This document shows, one piece after another, positions 1-13,400 of a stretch of DNA of 64,000 bases. The notes under the pieces are model-generated. The model saw nothing but the letters and a program-made list of their open reading frames with translations, searched no databases and was not told the DNA's origin. This DNA is from Macrostomum lignano. Taxonomy: Eukaryota. Numbering within the stretch: the stretch's first letter is position 1; every line of letters starts with the position of its first letter. Location of the stretch: positions 124,001 through 188,000 of the forward strand of contig NIVC01002067.1 of NCBI GenBank assembly GCA_002269645.1, in the 5' to 3' direction. The translations under genes were made by a program, and so were the position numbers.

Positions 1-491
1 ATGCTGTAAGGCCATAGATATTAGCGCCAATTCTCAGTGCTGAAGGCTATAGATATTAGCGCCAATTCTCAGTGCTGAAGGCTATAGATATTAGCCCAAT
101 TCTCAATGCTGTAAAGCTATAGATATTAGCGCCAATTCTCAATGCTGAAGGCTATAGATATTAGCGCCAATTCTCAATGCTGTAAGGCTATAGATATTAA
201 CGCCAATTCTCAATGCTGTAAGGCCATAGATATTAGCGCCAATTCTCAGTGCTGAAGGCTATAGATATTAGCGCCAATTCTCAGTGCTGAAGGCTATAGA
301 TATTAGCGCCAATTCTCAATGCTGTAAGGCCATAGATATTAGCGCCAATTCTCAGTGCTGAAGGCTATAGATATTAGCGCCAATTCTCAATGCTGTAAGG
401 CTATAGATATTAGCGCCAATTCTCAATGCTGAAGGCCATATATAGCGCCAATTCTCAATGCTGAAGGCCATATATATTAGCGCCAATTCTA
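1..491. repeat. 35-36 bp minisatellite, about 13 copies, in the calmodulin-like gene intron
   Basis: Unit gctg(t)aaggctatagatattagcgccaattctcaat repeated head-to-tail from base 1. Confidence 0.95.
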
Positions 492-636
492 GATCTACAG
501 TAATTGCCGTAGGCTACATATTTTTTCCCGTGTATTTAGAGACACAAATAATGCCTTCTACACCTATAAAGCATTCATATAGCTACAAAATCCGATATGA
601 TACGAGACACATGTAGCACTAAGCCTATGCCCATAC

Positions 637-804
637 CTTCAACTCCTCCTGCGTAGGATTCTGGCCCAGCGCTCGCATCACGGACGCCAGCTCTTTATTA
701 GTGATCGTCCCGTCGCCGTCCTTGTCAAACAAAGAGAAGGCCTCGCGAAATTCTTCAATCTGTTCCTCAGTCAAACTGTCAGTTGTTGCGGCGCTGCCAG
801 ACAT
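637..804 (-). CDS. Calmodulin-like EF-hand protein, first coding exon (56 codons); downstream exons not found in the window
   Basis: Manual translation [56 protein letters not shown] matches the calmodulin N-terminus (EF-hand loop [12 protein letters not shown]). ATG at 804; phase-0 donor GTATGG at 636. Confidence 0.93.
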
Positions 805-1387
805 TGCTTAATCTTCTGTATATTTTAGTAAGTAGGTGGTTCCTACTGCGGACAGCTCTGTAGGTACTGAAATTTTCTCCTTTATATGCTGCTTGATGAC
901 ACAGGGATGGAAAAGGATGGCACAGTATATAGCTAGCTGCATGTGGCACTAAACTTTTCTGTTGGACTGCAATTAGACAATGAGTTACTCAACGCCTCCC
1001 CCCCCATTGACGCGGAGCTTTGCAACTCAGCTCTTGAAGATGAGGAAAAAGTTGAAAAAGAAAAAAAGCGATTGGGAAGAAGTGGAGCGGAAGCTACATA
1101 CATTAAAGAGAATTTGCTCAACAATAGCCGTAAAGAGTGCAGCTACTATGCAGTGTCTAACAACTGGCCCGCTGCAACTTGTTAACACGATTGACTGAGC
1201 ATAGCTTTGGATTGTCTATGCTCACCTGAAGACAAAGCTCAGGATAATAGGATATATGTATATAATTCACAAAGGATCTTCTATCTTCTTTGACAGCTCG
1301 GGTCTGTTATATCGTATAATTAGCTTTAAGAACTGAGGACGTGGCCTATCCTACTGGTACTGCATGTATAGTAAAGTAGTTGGTATA

Positions 1388-1978
1388 CTGTCCGTCAAAA
1401 GTTCCGGAACCCTTGCTACGATGTCTTCTAGCGGACATAATTTCAGTCCGTTTCAATTGTAACTTGATTCAAATGAAAGCTGCGGATCTCAGCTCCATGA
1501 TGTGGTCAAGAAAAAGTTTATTCGAAGGAGCGCGTGTGAACAGGCCAGTGTTATGTACATAAAGGTTAGAGAAAAAGTGAGGAAAAGACAAACAAGCAAT
1601 TGTTTTTTACTCTCCCATGAAAGCTGACTGCACAAGAATCCATAAGAGCTGTTGATTTCAACACAAGTTTTGGCCATAGACTAATGTTAGCCAGGCTGAA
1701 CACTGCGCGCAAACCGATTCCTTCCAATGTGTGTTTGCTCCATAGACTCAGCAACCATAGACAATTGCTTGTTTGTCTTTTCCTCACTTTTTTTCTCTAA
1801 CCTTTATGTACATAACACTGGCCTGTTCACACGCGCTCATTCGAATAAACTTTTTCTTGACCACATCATGGAGCTGAGATCCGCAGCTTTCATTTGAATC
1901 AAGTTACAATTGAAACGGACTGAAATTATGTCCGCTAGAAGACATCGTAGCAAGGGTTCCGGAACTTTTGACGGACAG
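1388..1978. mobile_element. MITE, Tc1/mariner-type, 591 bp with about 216-bp terminal inverted repeats
   Basis: 1388-1603 is the near-perfect reverse complement of 1761-1978 (CTGTCCGTCAAAAGTTCC...GGAACTTTTGACGGACAG). TA on both sides (1386-1387, 1979-1980); 157-bp spacer; no transposase. Confidence 0.88.
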
Positions 1979-2169
1979 TATATATTGGCAATCCCTGAAA
2001 CAAAGAACACAGAGACAGCACTGGAATTTCATGTCTTCTGACCTGCGCAATCAGCTGAATCTTCGCAGTAATCATACATGTAGTTTTATACCGTTTTACG
2101 AGTAGCTAGAAGAGCAAAAACATTCAATAAATAACCAAGAACGAGGAGAGAGCAAAGAGGGTAGCAGCT

Positions 2170-2455
2170 GACACCAATCGGCAGAGCCAATAGGCTGAAG
2201 CGAAGGGGAGTCTGGGGGAGAGGAGGGGGGATGCCCCGGCCCCAGCCAATCGGCAAGCTGTTCTGGGCAGAGCCAATAGGCTGGAGCGAAGATGAGGTAG
2301 GCAGAGAGAGAGGGAGATGCCCCAGCGCCCCCCCCCCCACAGCCAATCAACTGGCTCCACCGGGGCAGAAAAACTAAATGAGGGAAGCTTAACTAGCCCT
2401 GCAGCCAACCATTCGGAACCAGCTGGCAGAGCCAGGACCAACCAGATGGCGTACA
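2170..2455 (+). promoter_or_regulatory. CCAAT-box cluster, promoter-like or LTR U3 remnant
   Basis: Five CCAAT boxes (2174, 2187, 2246, 2273, 2343) in a duplicated GC-rich module, plus AGATGGCG (YY1-like core) at 2444. Confidence 0.35.
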
Positions 2456-3043
2456 AAGTACAAAAAGTAGAAACCGAGTTTAATTGCTGAACTCACTGAA
2501 CCTTAGTCTAAGCTGACTACTGTCTAAGCGGAGAGTGCAGTAGAAGAAACGCATTTTACAATATTTTTATCTTCTAATCTTCGTCAGTACGTTAATAGTA
2601 CGAGTATTTGCTAATTACAATGTACTTTTAAGCCAGGTCTCACGACTGCCTATTCGCCTGCTCGTATTTTCCACTGCATCACTGTTAGCTGCAATGCATA
2701 TATGCAGCGCAACACTGCGCCACGCGGAGTCAATCAGTATGCATGTATGTAGATAGTGTTTAATAAAGCCTTAGTACACTGTAACTGCATAATACAGCTT
2801 TAGGAATTACATGCGCAGACAGCAGCCTTGGTAGCTCCCAATCAATCTGGGATTAATGGGGATTCTTCATAAACTCGGCGATGGATGCTAATAATATCAA
2901 TAAATGGAATGTGACAGGCTCACCCAGTTTTTTCCCAGTTTTATCCTTGCACACAGTATGTGCTGTAGCTAGTGGTGCATGTGCTTGCAGTGTATACTGA
3001 CACTGTCATTCCCAGTAAGATGGAATGCGATTCAGCCAGGATC

Positions 3044-3173
3044 AGATAGATAGATAGATAGATGATAGATGGATAGATAGATATATAAATAGATAGATGA
3101 TAGATGGATAGATAGATAGACAGATAGATAGATAGATAGACAGATAGATAGATAGATAGACAGATAGATAGAC

Positions 3174-3232
<59 letters not shown>

Positions 3233-3251
3233 CAGATAGATAGATAGATAA

Positions 3252-3303
<52 letters not shown>

Positions 3304-3362
3304 ATAGATATATAAATAGATACGCTCGTAGATAGATAGATACAGAGTAGATAGATAGATTT
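3044..3362. repeat. (GATA)n microsatellite
   Basis: Long GATA/GACA run. Confidence 0.97.
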
Positions 3363-3422
3363 AATCAGCATGATCAAGCATAAATTAAAATTAATATTGC
3401 ACTATAGCAATAAAACAGGAAA

Positions 3423-3670
3423 CCCTTCAAGGCAGGTGCAGACCATAGAGTAGATCCTGTTTAAACACCCCGGATGCTTTATCTCTAATTGACAGAAATT
3501 CGGAGCGAGTTGATAAAATGCTGAGATTGCTCCTCAATGATTTCAGCTAGCCCTTCAAGGCAGGTGCAGACCATAAGTTCCTGTTTAAACACCCGGATGC
3601 TTTATCTCTAATTGACAGAAATTTTCAGGAACAGGGCACGGAGCGAGTTGATCAAAATGCTGAGATTGCA
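3423..3670. repeat. Local direct duplication of about 110 bp
   Basis: cccttcaaggcaggtgcagaccata...ctaattgacagaaatt...aaaatgctgagattgc occurs at about 3423-3530 and 3551-3670. Confidence 0.8.
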
Positions 3671-4962
3671 TTGGTCTCAAAACGCTCCTGATTTCAAGCT
3701 AGCGCCAGCCTCGCACTATGAAGAGAACCTATACCTTAATACTGCAGCCAGCGGACTACAGTAACAAACTGGATAATATATCAATGTCTGTACGCTCCTA
3801 ATCTGTATGAGCAATTGAGCAAATACAATCATGGGGGTTGAGGGCGGGGCATATCCTGATTCCATCGGAGCAGTTCCTGCAGTCAGAAAGGAATCGAGAT
3901 TTATTATAGCTATAATAATGCTCAAAATAGAGGCAGCTGATTGACCGATGCAGACTAAATTAGATTGCAATTTGCTATTGCTTGATTAGCTAGATTACAC
4001 AGCTGAGGTTGTTTTTTGGGATCGAAGTCTGGGGACCGTATCGCATCTGTGCTCTGACTGACTGACTACATACTGTAACTGATATACACGTAGCTTTGCA
4101 GCAGCCCATTTAAGCTGACGCGCATTGAATTTAATCTCCGGTATGTCTACCAAAGTATTAGAGCTTTTGTCTATGGTTAGCTAGGCTATCATAGTGCTAC
4201 GTAATACATCAGTCAGATTCTAATAATGCTTTTTAAGTGCTAATTGAGAGTAGCAGAAGCTGCAGTCTATGGTCTTAACCCTGGGCTCATATAAGCCTTC
4301 ATGTAGTCTTTAATAGCCTATTCGTATAGGCATCACGTGACCATCATTTCCCATGACAACTGAAGCAGGGACACTTGGCGAAACCTCATTTAGCGCCATG
4401 CGTTCTGTTAGAGCATACTAAATGCACTGTTTTGCTTTTACACTACTATTAGTAGGTGCAATTTGCAGATTAGGAAGTTTGCGGGGTTAGTATAATAGAA
4501 TCAGTAAAGTTATATTTCGAAATTTTAGAGGGATAAAGACAGTTTATTTTCTGTCTTTTTACTTCAGTCTATGAACTGCCCCTTGTTCATGTCATCAATA
4601 TATAGATTTGCCTGCACTGCATGTACACAATGCTTATAAAAGTGAAAGCACTTTTGACCAAATTATGATGAGGCAGAAATTTATCTAATAAGGCTTCAAC
4701 GTCAAGGTGGCAATTATATTGACAGTAGAGCGGAAATTCCTATAAACAATATTTTCGCTTGAGAAAGCTTCTCTGTGCTCTCACCATAATTCGATGATAG
4801 TTCAATGTTCTGCACAAGGACTTCTAGACTAGCTAGTCTAGAAGTCCTTGGTTCTGCATCAGTGTAGCATGCATGCGAACACATGGAACTGCGATCTACC
4901 TCTACTCTTGCCCATCAGACTGAGATGCTCTATGAGATCGCACCGACAGGAAACCAATGCAG

Positions 4963-4963
<1 letters not shown>

Positions 4964-5026
<63 letters not shown>
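4964..5026. repeat. (CTAT)n microsatellite
   Basis: Perfect CTAT run. Confidence 0.95.
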
Positions 5027-5742
5027 GACCTGAGGTAGATATTACAACGCTATGCAAGGGAGATAGAATTTCCAGATACGCGTGCATCATTGCAGCCAGA
5101 AGGTGGGTACAGTTTTAGGCCAGAAATCACTCTAAATTCAAGACGCGCAGCAGATCTGAATTGATACTGCACTCTTCCGAAGCCCTGTGTCAGGGGCATT
5201 ATACATTTATACGGAAGTGCTACATCAGTCAGTACGCTACTATAAAGCCTGTGACGTCATCAAACGAATTTTTTTACAGCAATCCATACATTGATCGCAA
5301 AATGAGTTCACACGAAGAAGTCCTACGTGCATGCATGTGTCGATTCTCCATCACCCGTGAGTGTGACTGTCGGGTTTCCCTATTAATTTGCTCAAGCCTC
5401 ACCTCAGAAAGTGCCTTCGGCAAGAGCATCGCCTTGTTATTTGTTGGTCAAAAGTTTTATTCAATGCCATATAGCGTTGAAAGTTATAAGCGTCAACACG
5501 AAGGGAAGATTGTGCAACTGTTATGAATCAAATAATATCCTGAATCTGGAAAGAAACACGCACGTTCACATCTCGGAGTCCAATATGCGCTGATAACGAG
5601 CAGAACAAGCTCACCAAATAAATGCGTAAAAATCTATCGCATGGGTGCTCGACTTTTATCAGTCCCTGGCTTGAGAAGATAACACTTATCTATCATAGAG
5701 AGAATATTGGACGTTTTACTTCAGTAGCTAGCCCCCCCAGTC

Positions 5743-6270
5743 AGTCCAGTCACGTGATCAGAGGCGAGGCCAAACCTGGGGGTTTCTCACCAATTCCCGC
5801 AGCTAGACAATATCAGTCCAGTCACGTGATTAGAAGCGAGGCCACCCCTGGGGGTTTCTCACCAATTCCCGCAGCTAGACAATATCAGTCCAGTCACGTG
5901 ATTAGAAGCGAGGCCACCCCTGGGGGTTTCTCACCAATTCCCGCAGCTAGACAATATCAGTCCAGTCACGTGATTAGAGGCGAGGCCAAACCTGGAGGTT
6001 TCTCACCAATTCCCGCAGCTAGACAATATCAGTCCAGTCACGTGATCAGAGGCGAGGCCAAACCTGGAGGTTTCTCACCAATTCCCGCAGCTAGACAATA
6101 TCAGTCCAGTCACGTGATCAGAGGCGAGGCCAAACCTGGAGGTTTCTCACCAATTCCCGCAGCTAGACAATATCAGTTCAGTCACGTGATCAGAAGCGAG
6201 GCCACTCCTATCCAGAAGTTTTACGAGCTGACCCACCTCAGAAAGAGACGCGTATTATAGTCACGTGATC
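5743..6270. repeat. 72-bp tandem repeat, about 6.5 copies, each with TCACGTGA
   Basis: Unit cagtccagtcacgtgatcagaggcgaggccaaacctggaggtttctcaccaattcccgcagctagacaatat; explains ORF 5622..6260. Confidence 0.95.
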
Positions 6271-6387
6271 GAAACGAATCCGAAGGGTCTTGCAAATTCT
6301 ACACAAAAAACAGTAATAAACCTAGAAAAAATCTCATTTCACAGGTACAAAACGGACTTAGAACACGTGCCCTACTCTACAAGTGGC

Positions 6388-7725
6388 TCAGCTTTTGCGT
6401 CGAGAAAATGAGCAGAAAATGTCGGCAATAAACCCGGGCCACAATTTGTCCTCGTGGTGCCAAGCGGCCGTGTCTTTGGAATTGCCAATCAGGATGGCTC
6501 TGCCGTGCTCAGGTAGGGAGCAGTTGCCGAATGGCACCTGTATAGTGAGTGTTCGAGAGATATGCCAATTGACAATTTGACATACATGTACAAGAGACAC
6601 AATCTGGCAGACAAGAGACACATGCTTGCATAAAAGAGACACAATCTTTGATAGAAGAGACACAATATTTGATAGAAGAGACACAATATTTGATAGAAGA
6701 GACACAATCTTTGATAGAAGAGACACAATCTTTGATAAAAGAGACACAATCTTTGATAGAAGAGACACAATCTTTGATAGAAGAGACACAATCTTTGATA
6801 GATGAGACACAATCTTTGATAGAAGAGACACAATCTTTGATAGAAGAGACACAATCTTTGATAGAAAAGACACAATCTTTGATAGAAGAGACAATCTTTG
6901 ATAGAAGACACACAACCTGACACCCTGCAGGCACACACAAATATGGGTCTACGTGAACTGCTTTTACAATATTCTATCAGAAGAAAATCAGCACAGATGG
7001 ATTAATTAAAGCGGATTATGGATTATGAAGTTTTAACTATCTAATAAGCCTAGCAATTTATTGGAAAGCTGTTAGCAATTAACCTAATTACAAATCGGCA
7101 TAAAATTTGCATCTAGGGGTCAGTGGAGGCTCACGTGAACAGATGAAGATTTAATAGTGGATGCAGCGGCCGAGTTTTGGGCTGCAGTGAGCAGCGAAGC
7201 CAGCAGAAATTCGCAGAAAAGAAAGACGTTATTCCCGCGTTCGGGCAGTCGGCCGCACATCTCGTTGCGCAGATCCCAGCCAGCCAAGTCCAGCTCCAGT
7301 TTGCGCAGCATGAACACATCGTCCTGGTTGCGCGATGTCGTGTCCGTGAATGGCAGTCGACGATTTCCCACTCTGGAATTTTGAAATTAAGTATAGCTAT
7401 AGGTGTCAGTCTGGAAATAACGGTCATCTGGAAAATTACGTAATCAAGCAAAGTTATCTACAGTCAGTTTCAGAAAGCATCATTTTTAGATTCTGTCATT
7501 CGTAGAGGACGTCAATTTCGGGCGACGTCATTCATGGATGACGTCATTCTTAAGATGGCGAAAATTTCTGGATGACGTAATTCTTAAGGTGACGAAAATT
7601 TCTAGATGACGTCATTCTTAAGATGATAAAATTTTTAGATTACGTCATTCTTAAGATGACGAAAATCTCTAGATTTTCTGCCACTCTGATCTCTAGAGAT
7701 CTCTCTCTCTCCCTCTACTTCTTTC

Positions 7726-7767
<42 letters not shown>

Positions 7768-9716
7768 TCTCCCTCTACTTCTTTCTCTCTCTCTTTCCCT
7801 CTACTTCTTTCTCTCTCTCCCCCTCTCTCTACTTCTTTCTCTCTCTCCCTCTCTACTTCTTTCTCTCTCTCCCCTCTCTCTACTTCTTTCTCTCTCTCCC
7901 CTCTCTCTACTTCTTTCTCTCTCTCCCTCTCTACTTCTTTCTCTCTCTCCCCCTCTCTCTACTTCTTTCTCTCTCTCCCTCTCTACTTCTTTCTCTCTCT
8001 CCCCCTCTCTCTACTTCTTTCTCTCTCTCCCTCTCTACTTCTTTCTCTCTCTCCCCCTCTCTCTACTTCTTTCTCTCTCTCCCTCTCTACTTCTTTCTCT
8101 CTCTCCCCCTCTCTCTACTTCTTTCTCTCTCTCCCTCTCTACTTCTTTCTCTCTCTCCCTCTACTTCTTTCTCTCTCTCTCTCTGCCTCTACTTCTTTCT
8201 CTCTCTCTCCCTCTACTTCATTCTCTCTTCTCTCTCCCTCTACTTCTTTCTCTCTCTGCTGCTGCTGCTCTACTGTTTACCTGATTCTTAACATGACGAA
8301 AATCTCTAGATGACGTAATTCTTAAGATGACGAAAATCTCTAGATGACATCATTCTTAACATGACGAAATTTCTAGATTACGTCATTCTATTATTGAAGT
8401 ACCTCAACTTAACTTATTGAATATTGCGTTTGAAAACAAGTAATTTTCAAATGAACAGTTCCCCATACTGAAGACTCTTATTCGAGCAAACAAACACGCA
8501 GAGCCTTAAGCTCGCAGGGACGTGACATTTTCTTACTAGTACTTTTCTGTTTTCTTATCTCAGTCTCCAATTAAGCGAATGCTCTTCCAATGAACTATCT
8601 GTTTGACTTCTAAATAAAGATTTTTTCTTTTTTTTAAAGCACTCAATGCACTTGTTTACGCAAACTTACAGTATAGTTAATGCGTTAGATTCAACATTGC
8701 AAGGCTTTAAAAGTACTCATACTAGTAGAACTTATAGGCAACCAGAATATGAATAGCTCAATCAGTGTACTGTTAATCATTTCTAAGTGGCATTGAATAA
8801 TTTACTGCTTACCTGAGAGTGACACGTGAGCCTATTAGATTTAAAAGAGACTTAGGCGGGAACTGTGAGCAAGATAAATATGGGGCAAGAGATGCGATGC
8901 TTCGTTTACTTTTCAACGTAAAACTTGAGAAGGGGTGGGGAGAAGAAGGAAAAGGGGGAAAGTGCGAGTGAAAGAGGGAGAATCGAGAAAAGGTGGAAGC
9001 AAAAAGGAGATGAAGAGGGAGAGGGAGAGAGAGGGGAGGAGAGAGTAGCGCACCTCCATCTTCCACACAGTGAAAGGGCGAATAAAAGTTTCAATTTAAT
9101 TAAAGTTGCCGATATTTCGAGTAAGATGACTCTTCGTCAGGGCAGAATGAGAGGGAGAGGGGAGGGGTGAGAGGGAAGGAGAGTAAAGAGATGGAGAGGG
9201 AGAGGGAGAGGGAGAGGGAGAGGGAGAGAGGGAGGGGTGAGAGGGAAGGAGAGTAAAGAGATGGAGAGGGAGAGGGAGAGGGAGAGGGAGAGAGGGAGGG
9301 GTGAGAGGGAAGGAGAGTAAAGAGATGGAGAGGGAGAGGGAGAGGGAGAGAGGGAGGGGTGAGAGGGAAGGAGAGTAAAGAGATGGAGAGGGAGAGGGAG
9401 AGGGAGAGGGAGAGAGGGAGTGAGAGGAAGAGGGAGATAAAGATAGGGGAGAGGAGAGAGAGAGATGGATCAGGAGAAGCATGCTACACGGCAATAGCTG
9501 AAAAGCTGCTCAATCAAAAACTAGGTCATAGCTCAGCCCCAAAGCAGGGCAAACGACGGCAAAAAGCAGCTGAGGTCAAAGCCTGAGGTCGCTCTGCACG
9601 CACGGCGCTCCGTAACTACGAGTACTCAAGAGTAGTCTCGCTTGGCAACTCAGTGAATTTCCGTTAGTCTGCGTCCAATTCCCACTTTGAGTTCCACTTC
9701 AACCAGTCCGGCTACC

Positions 9717-9760
<44 letters not shown>

Positions 9761-10445
9761 CCTACACGTAGATGGAGTGGCTCAGAGTAATTCCCGGTAC
9801 GAACCAAACCATTTTTTGTAATGTGGATTATTAAAGCATATAGCATTTAGTTCGGCTTGTACTTTTAATCAAGTGTTAGGTCACTATATTATGTCGCGCT
9901 AATTGATGCAGGGCAGGTGAGAAGGGAGCGAGAGAGATCGAGAGGCTTCAAAGCCAGAAGCAAGGCGACAGGATATTGTATTTTGTGATAGTATGCTGGA
10001 CTGGCAAGCCAGATTTGAAGGCTTGCAACTCTGGGCTACTTTAAATACATATTCGAATGCCTTCATAGTCAGCCGCAGCCATGAGGCTGCTTTGAATACT
10101 GCTAAGTCTGCTCTACCTCTCCTCCCTCTTCCTCTCCCTCTACGAGCTACTTCTTACTCTTCCTCTCCCTCTCTCCCTCTACTTATTTCTCTCCCTCTCC
10201 CTCCACTTCTTTCTCTCTCTTTCTCCTTCTACTTCTTTCTCTCCCTCTCCCTCCACTTCTTTCTCTCTCTCTCTCTGCCTCTACTTCTTTCTCTCTTCTC
10301 TCTCCTTCTACTTCTTTCTCTCCCTCTCCCTCCACTTCTTTCTCTCTCTCTCTCTGCCTCTACTTCTTTCTCTCTTCTCTCTCCCTCTACTTCTTTCTCT
10401 CTCTGCCTCTACTTCTTTCTCTCTCTCTCTCTCTCTGCCTCTACT

Positions 10446-10489
<44 letters not shown>

Positions 10490-13400
10490 TACTTCTTACT
10501 CTCCCTCTACTTCTTTTCCTCCCTCTCCCTCGCCATCTCACTCTACTTCCTCCTCCCTCTCTACTCTGTCTCTCCTTACTGCCTCAGCAGGAGTTTAAAC
10601 CCGGTCTCTCACCTGACATTTCTGCACAGCCAGGTTGGCTCGCTGTAAAATTTGCTCAGCTGACTGACCGTGGGCGGATCGCAGTACACAGTGCTGCTCA
10701 GGATGGAGCTCTCTGATAGAAATGATGCGGCTGAAATTACAGTATTTTTAATTGGATAATTTATAAACGGGAAATTAAAGTACAGTTCGGGTGATAGAAG
10801 CTAAACAGATTTCTGAATAAAGAGGCTGTTTTGGGTATAAAGAGGATGAGAAAGGATTAGAAAAGAGAAAGGGGGAGTGGAGAGAGAGAGTGGCAGAGGG
10901 GAGAGTGGCAGAGGGGAGAGTGGCAGAGGGGAGAGTGGGCAGAGGGGAGAGTGGGCAGAGGGGAGAGTGGCAGAGGGGAGAGTGGCAGAGGGGAGAGTGG
11001 CAGAGGGGAGAGTTGCAGAGGGGAGAGTGGCAGAGGGGAGAGTTGCAGAGGGGAGAGTGGCAGAGGGGAGAGTGGCAGAGGGAGAGTTGCAGAGGGGAGA
11101 GTGGCAGAGGGGAGAGTTGCAGAGGGGAGAGTGGCAGAGGGGAGAGTGGCAGAGGGGAGAGTGGCAGAGGGGAGAGTTGCAGAGGGGAGAGTGGCAGAGG
11201 GGAGAGTGGGCAGAGGGAGAGTGGCAGAGGGGAGAGTGGCAGAGGGGAGAGTGGCAGAGGGGAGAGTGGGCAGAGGGGAGAGTGGGCAGAGGGGAGAGTG
11301 GCAGAGGGGAGAGTGGCAGAGGGGAGAGTTGCAGAGGGGAGAGTGGCAGAGGGGAGAGTTGCAGAGGGGAGAGTGGCAGAGGGGAGAGTGGCAGAGGGGA
11401 GAGTTGCAGAGGGGAGAGTGGCAGAGGGGAGAGTGGCAGAGTGATCAGGTAGGCAGGTAACAATACAAAGTGCATTTCAAAGGAAATCAAAACACAGATT
11501 AAGAAGATTAGAAGATGTCCCTGTTAAATAATGAGGACTGCATAGATTTCCCACGGCAAGGCTAAGCCTGTTTTTGGAAGCGGAAGAGGCGGACTGTGAT
11601 GGGAAGTGGAGGGTTATAGCGGCGGTCATCAATGTCCAATGAAACCTAATAGCAAATTAACTTTTTTTAACTGACTGTACTTGATGAAGCCTAATGAGAT
11701 TGACACATAAACCTCGTAGGCGTGGGCTCTAGGTGTCTGAATAATTCATTAAGTCGCTAAAGCACTCAATTTGTTTTATTACTTACCGCTAAAGCTAGGG
11801 TGCATCGCATATATTTATCGATACCAATAAAATCACCTCTTATTTAGCGCCAGAGCCATGCAGCGATAAACCAACAAGGATTTGTTTAATCGCGATAAAA
11901 ACTTTGCTAAGAAAATATTTAAAAAAGAACCTGGTCACAACAGGAACGGATTGAGTCTACCCTACCGGCTAACTTTTTGATAAATACAGATAAGGGAACA
12001 GGGGGATTGGGTAGGTAGAGGAGAAAGGGGTTGGGTAGGTATGGGACAGGGGGGTTGGGTAGGTAGAGGACAGGGGGATTGGGTAGGTAGAGGACAGGGG
12101 GATTGGGTAGGTAGAGGACAGGGGGGTTGGGTAGGTAGGGGGCAGGGGAATTGGGTAGGTAGAGGACAGGGGGATTGGGTAGGTAGGGGGCAGGGGAATT
12201 GGGTAGGTAGGGGACAGGGGGATTGGGTAGGTAGGGGGCAGGGGAATTGGGTAGGTAGAGGACAGGGGATTGGGTAGGTAGGGGACAGGGGGTTGGGTAG
12301 GTAGAGGAGAAGGGGGTTGGGTAGGTATGGGACAGGGGGGTTGGGTAGGTAGAGGACAGGGGGATTGGGTAGGTAGGCGGCAGGGGAATTGGGTAGGTAG
12401 TGGACAGGGGGATTGGGTAGGTAGGGGGCAGGGGAATTGGGTAGGTAGAGGACAGGGGGATTGGGTAGGTAGGGGACAGGGGGGTTGGGTAGGTAGGGGA
12501 CAGGAAGATTGGGTATGTATGGGACAGGGGGATTGGGTAAGTAGATGATAGGGATTCGATAGATAGGTGATAGAGACATTGGATAGACAGGTGATAGAGA
12601 CACTGGATAGACAGGTGATAGAGACACTGGATAGACAGGTGATAGAGACACTGGATAGACAGGTGATAGAGACACTGGATAGACAGGTGATAGAGACACT
12701 GGATAGACGGGTGATAGAGACACTGGATAGACAGGTGATAGAGACACTGGATAGACAGGTGATAGAGACACTGGATAGACAGGTGATAGAGACACTGGAT
12801 AGACAGGTGATAGAGACACTGGATAGACAGGTGATAGAGACACTGGATAGACAGGTGATAGAGACACTGGATAGACAGGTGATAGAGACACTGGATAGAC
12901 AGGTGATAGAGACACTGGATAGACAGGTGATAGAGACACTGGATAGACAGGTGATAGAGACACTGGATAGACAGGTGATAGAGACACTGGATAGACAGGT
13001 GATAGAGACACTGGATAGACAGGTGATAGAGACACTGGATAGACAGGTGATAGAGACACTGGATAGACAGGTGATAGAGACACTGGATAGACAGGTGATA
13101 GAGACACTGGATAGACAGGTGATAGAGACACTGGATAGACAGGTGATAGAGACACTGGATAGACAGGTGATAGAGACACTGGATAGACAGGTGATAGAGA
13201 CACTGGATAGACAGGTGATAGAGACACTGGATAGACAGGTGATAGAGACACTGGATAGACAGGTGATAGAGACACTGGATAGACAGGTGATAGAGACACT
13301 GGATAGACAGGTGATAGAGACACTGGATAGACAGGTGATAGAGACACTGGATAGACAGGTGATAGAGACACTGGATAGACAGGTGATAGAGACACAGGTG

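Noticed and set aside
3735-3876. Exon-like segment with good AG/GT boundaries on the minus strand
   Set aside because: Lies between the stop of one gene and the start of another and cannot be joined to either; no recognisable domain.
5743-6270. CRISPR-like appearance of the 72-, 54-, 42- and 38-bp arrays
   Set aside because: Units are contiguous with no unique spacers, there are no cas genes, and the context is eukaryotic.
9510-9578. Selenocysteine read-through of the two TGA codons
   Set aside because: No SECIS identified and the exon boundaries here are unresolved; decay is more likely.
11520-11646. Candidate exon [21 protein letters not shown]
   Set aside because: Its open frames are incompatible with the phase-1 donor at 13511, and there is no clear GT donor.
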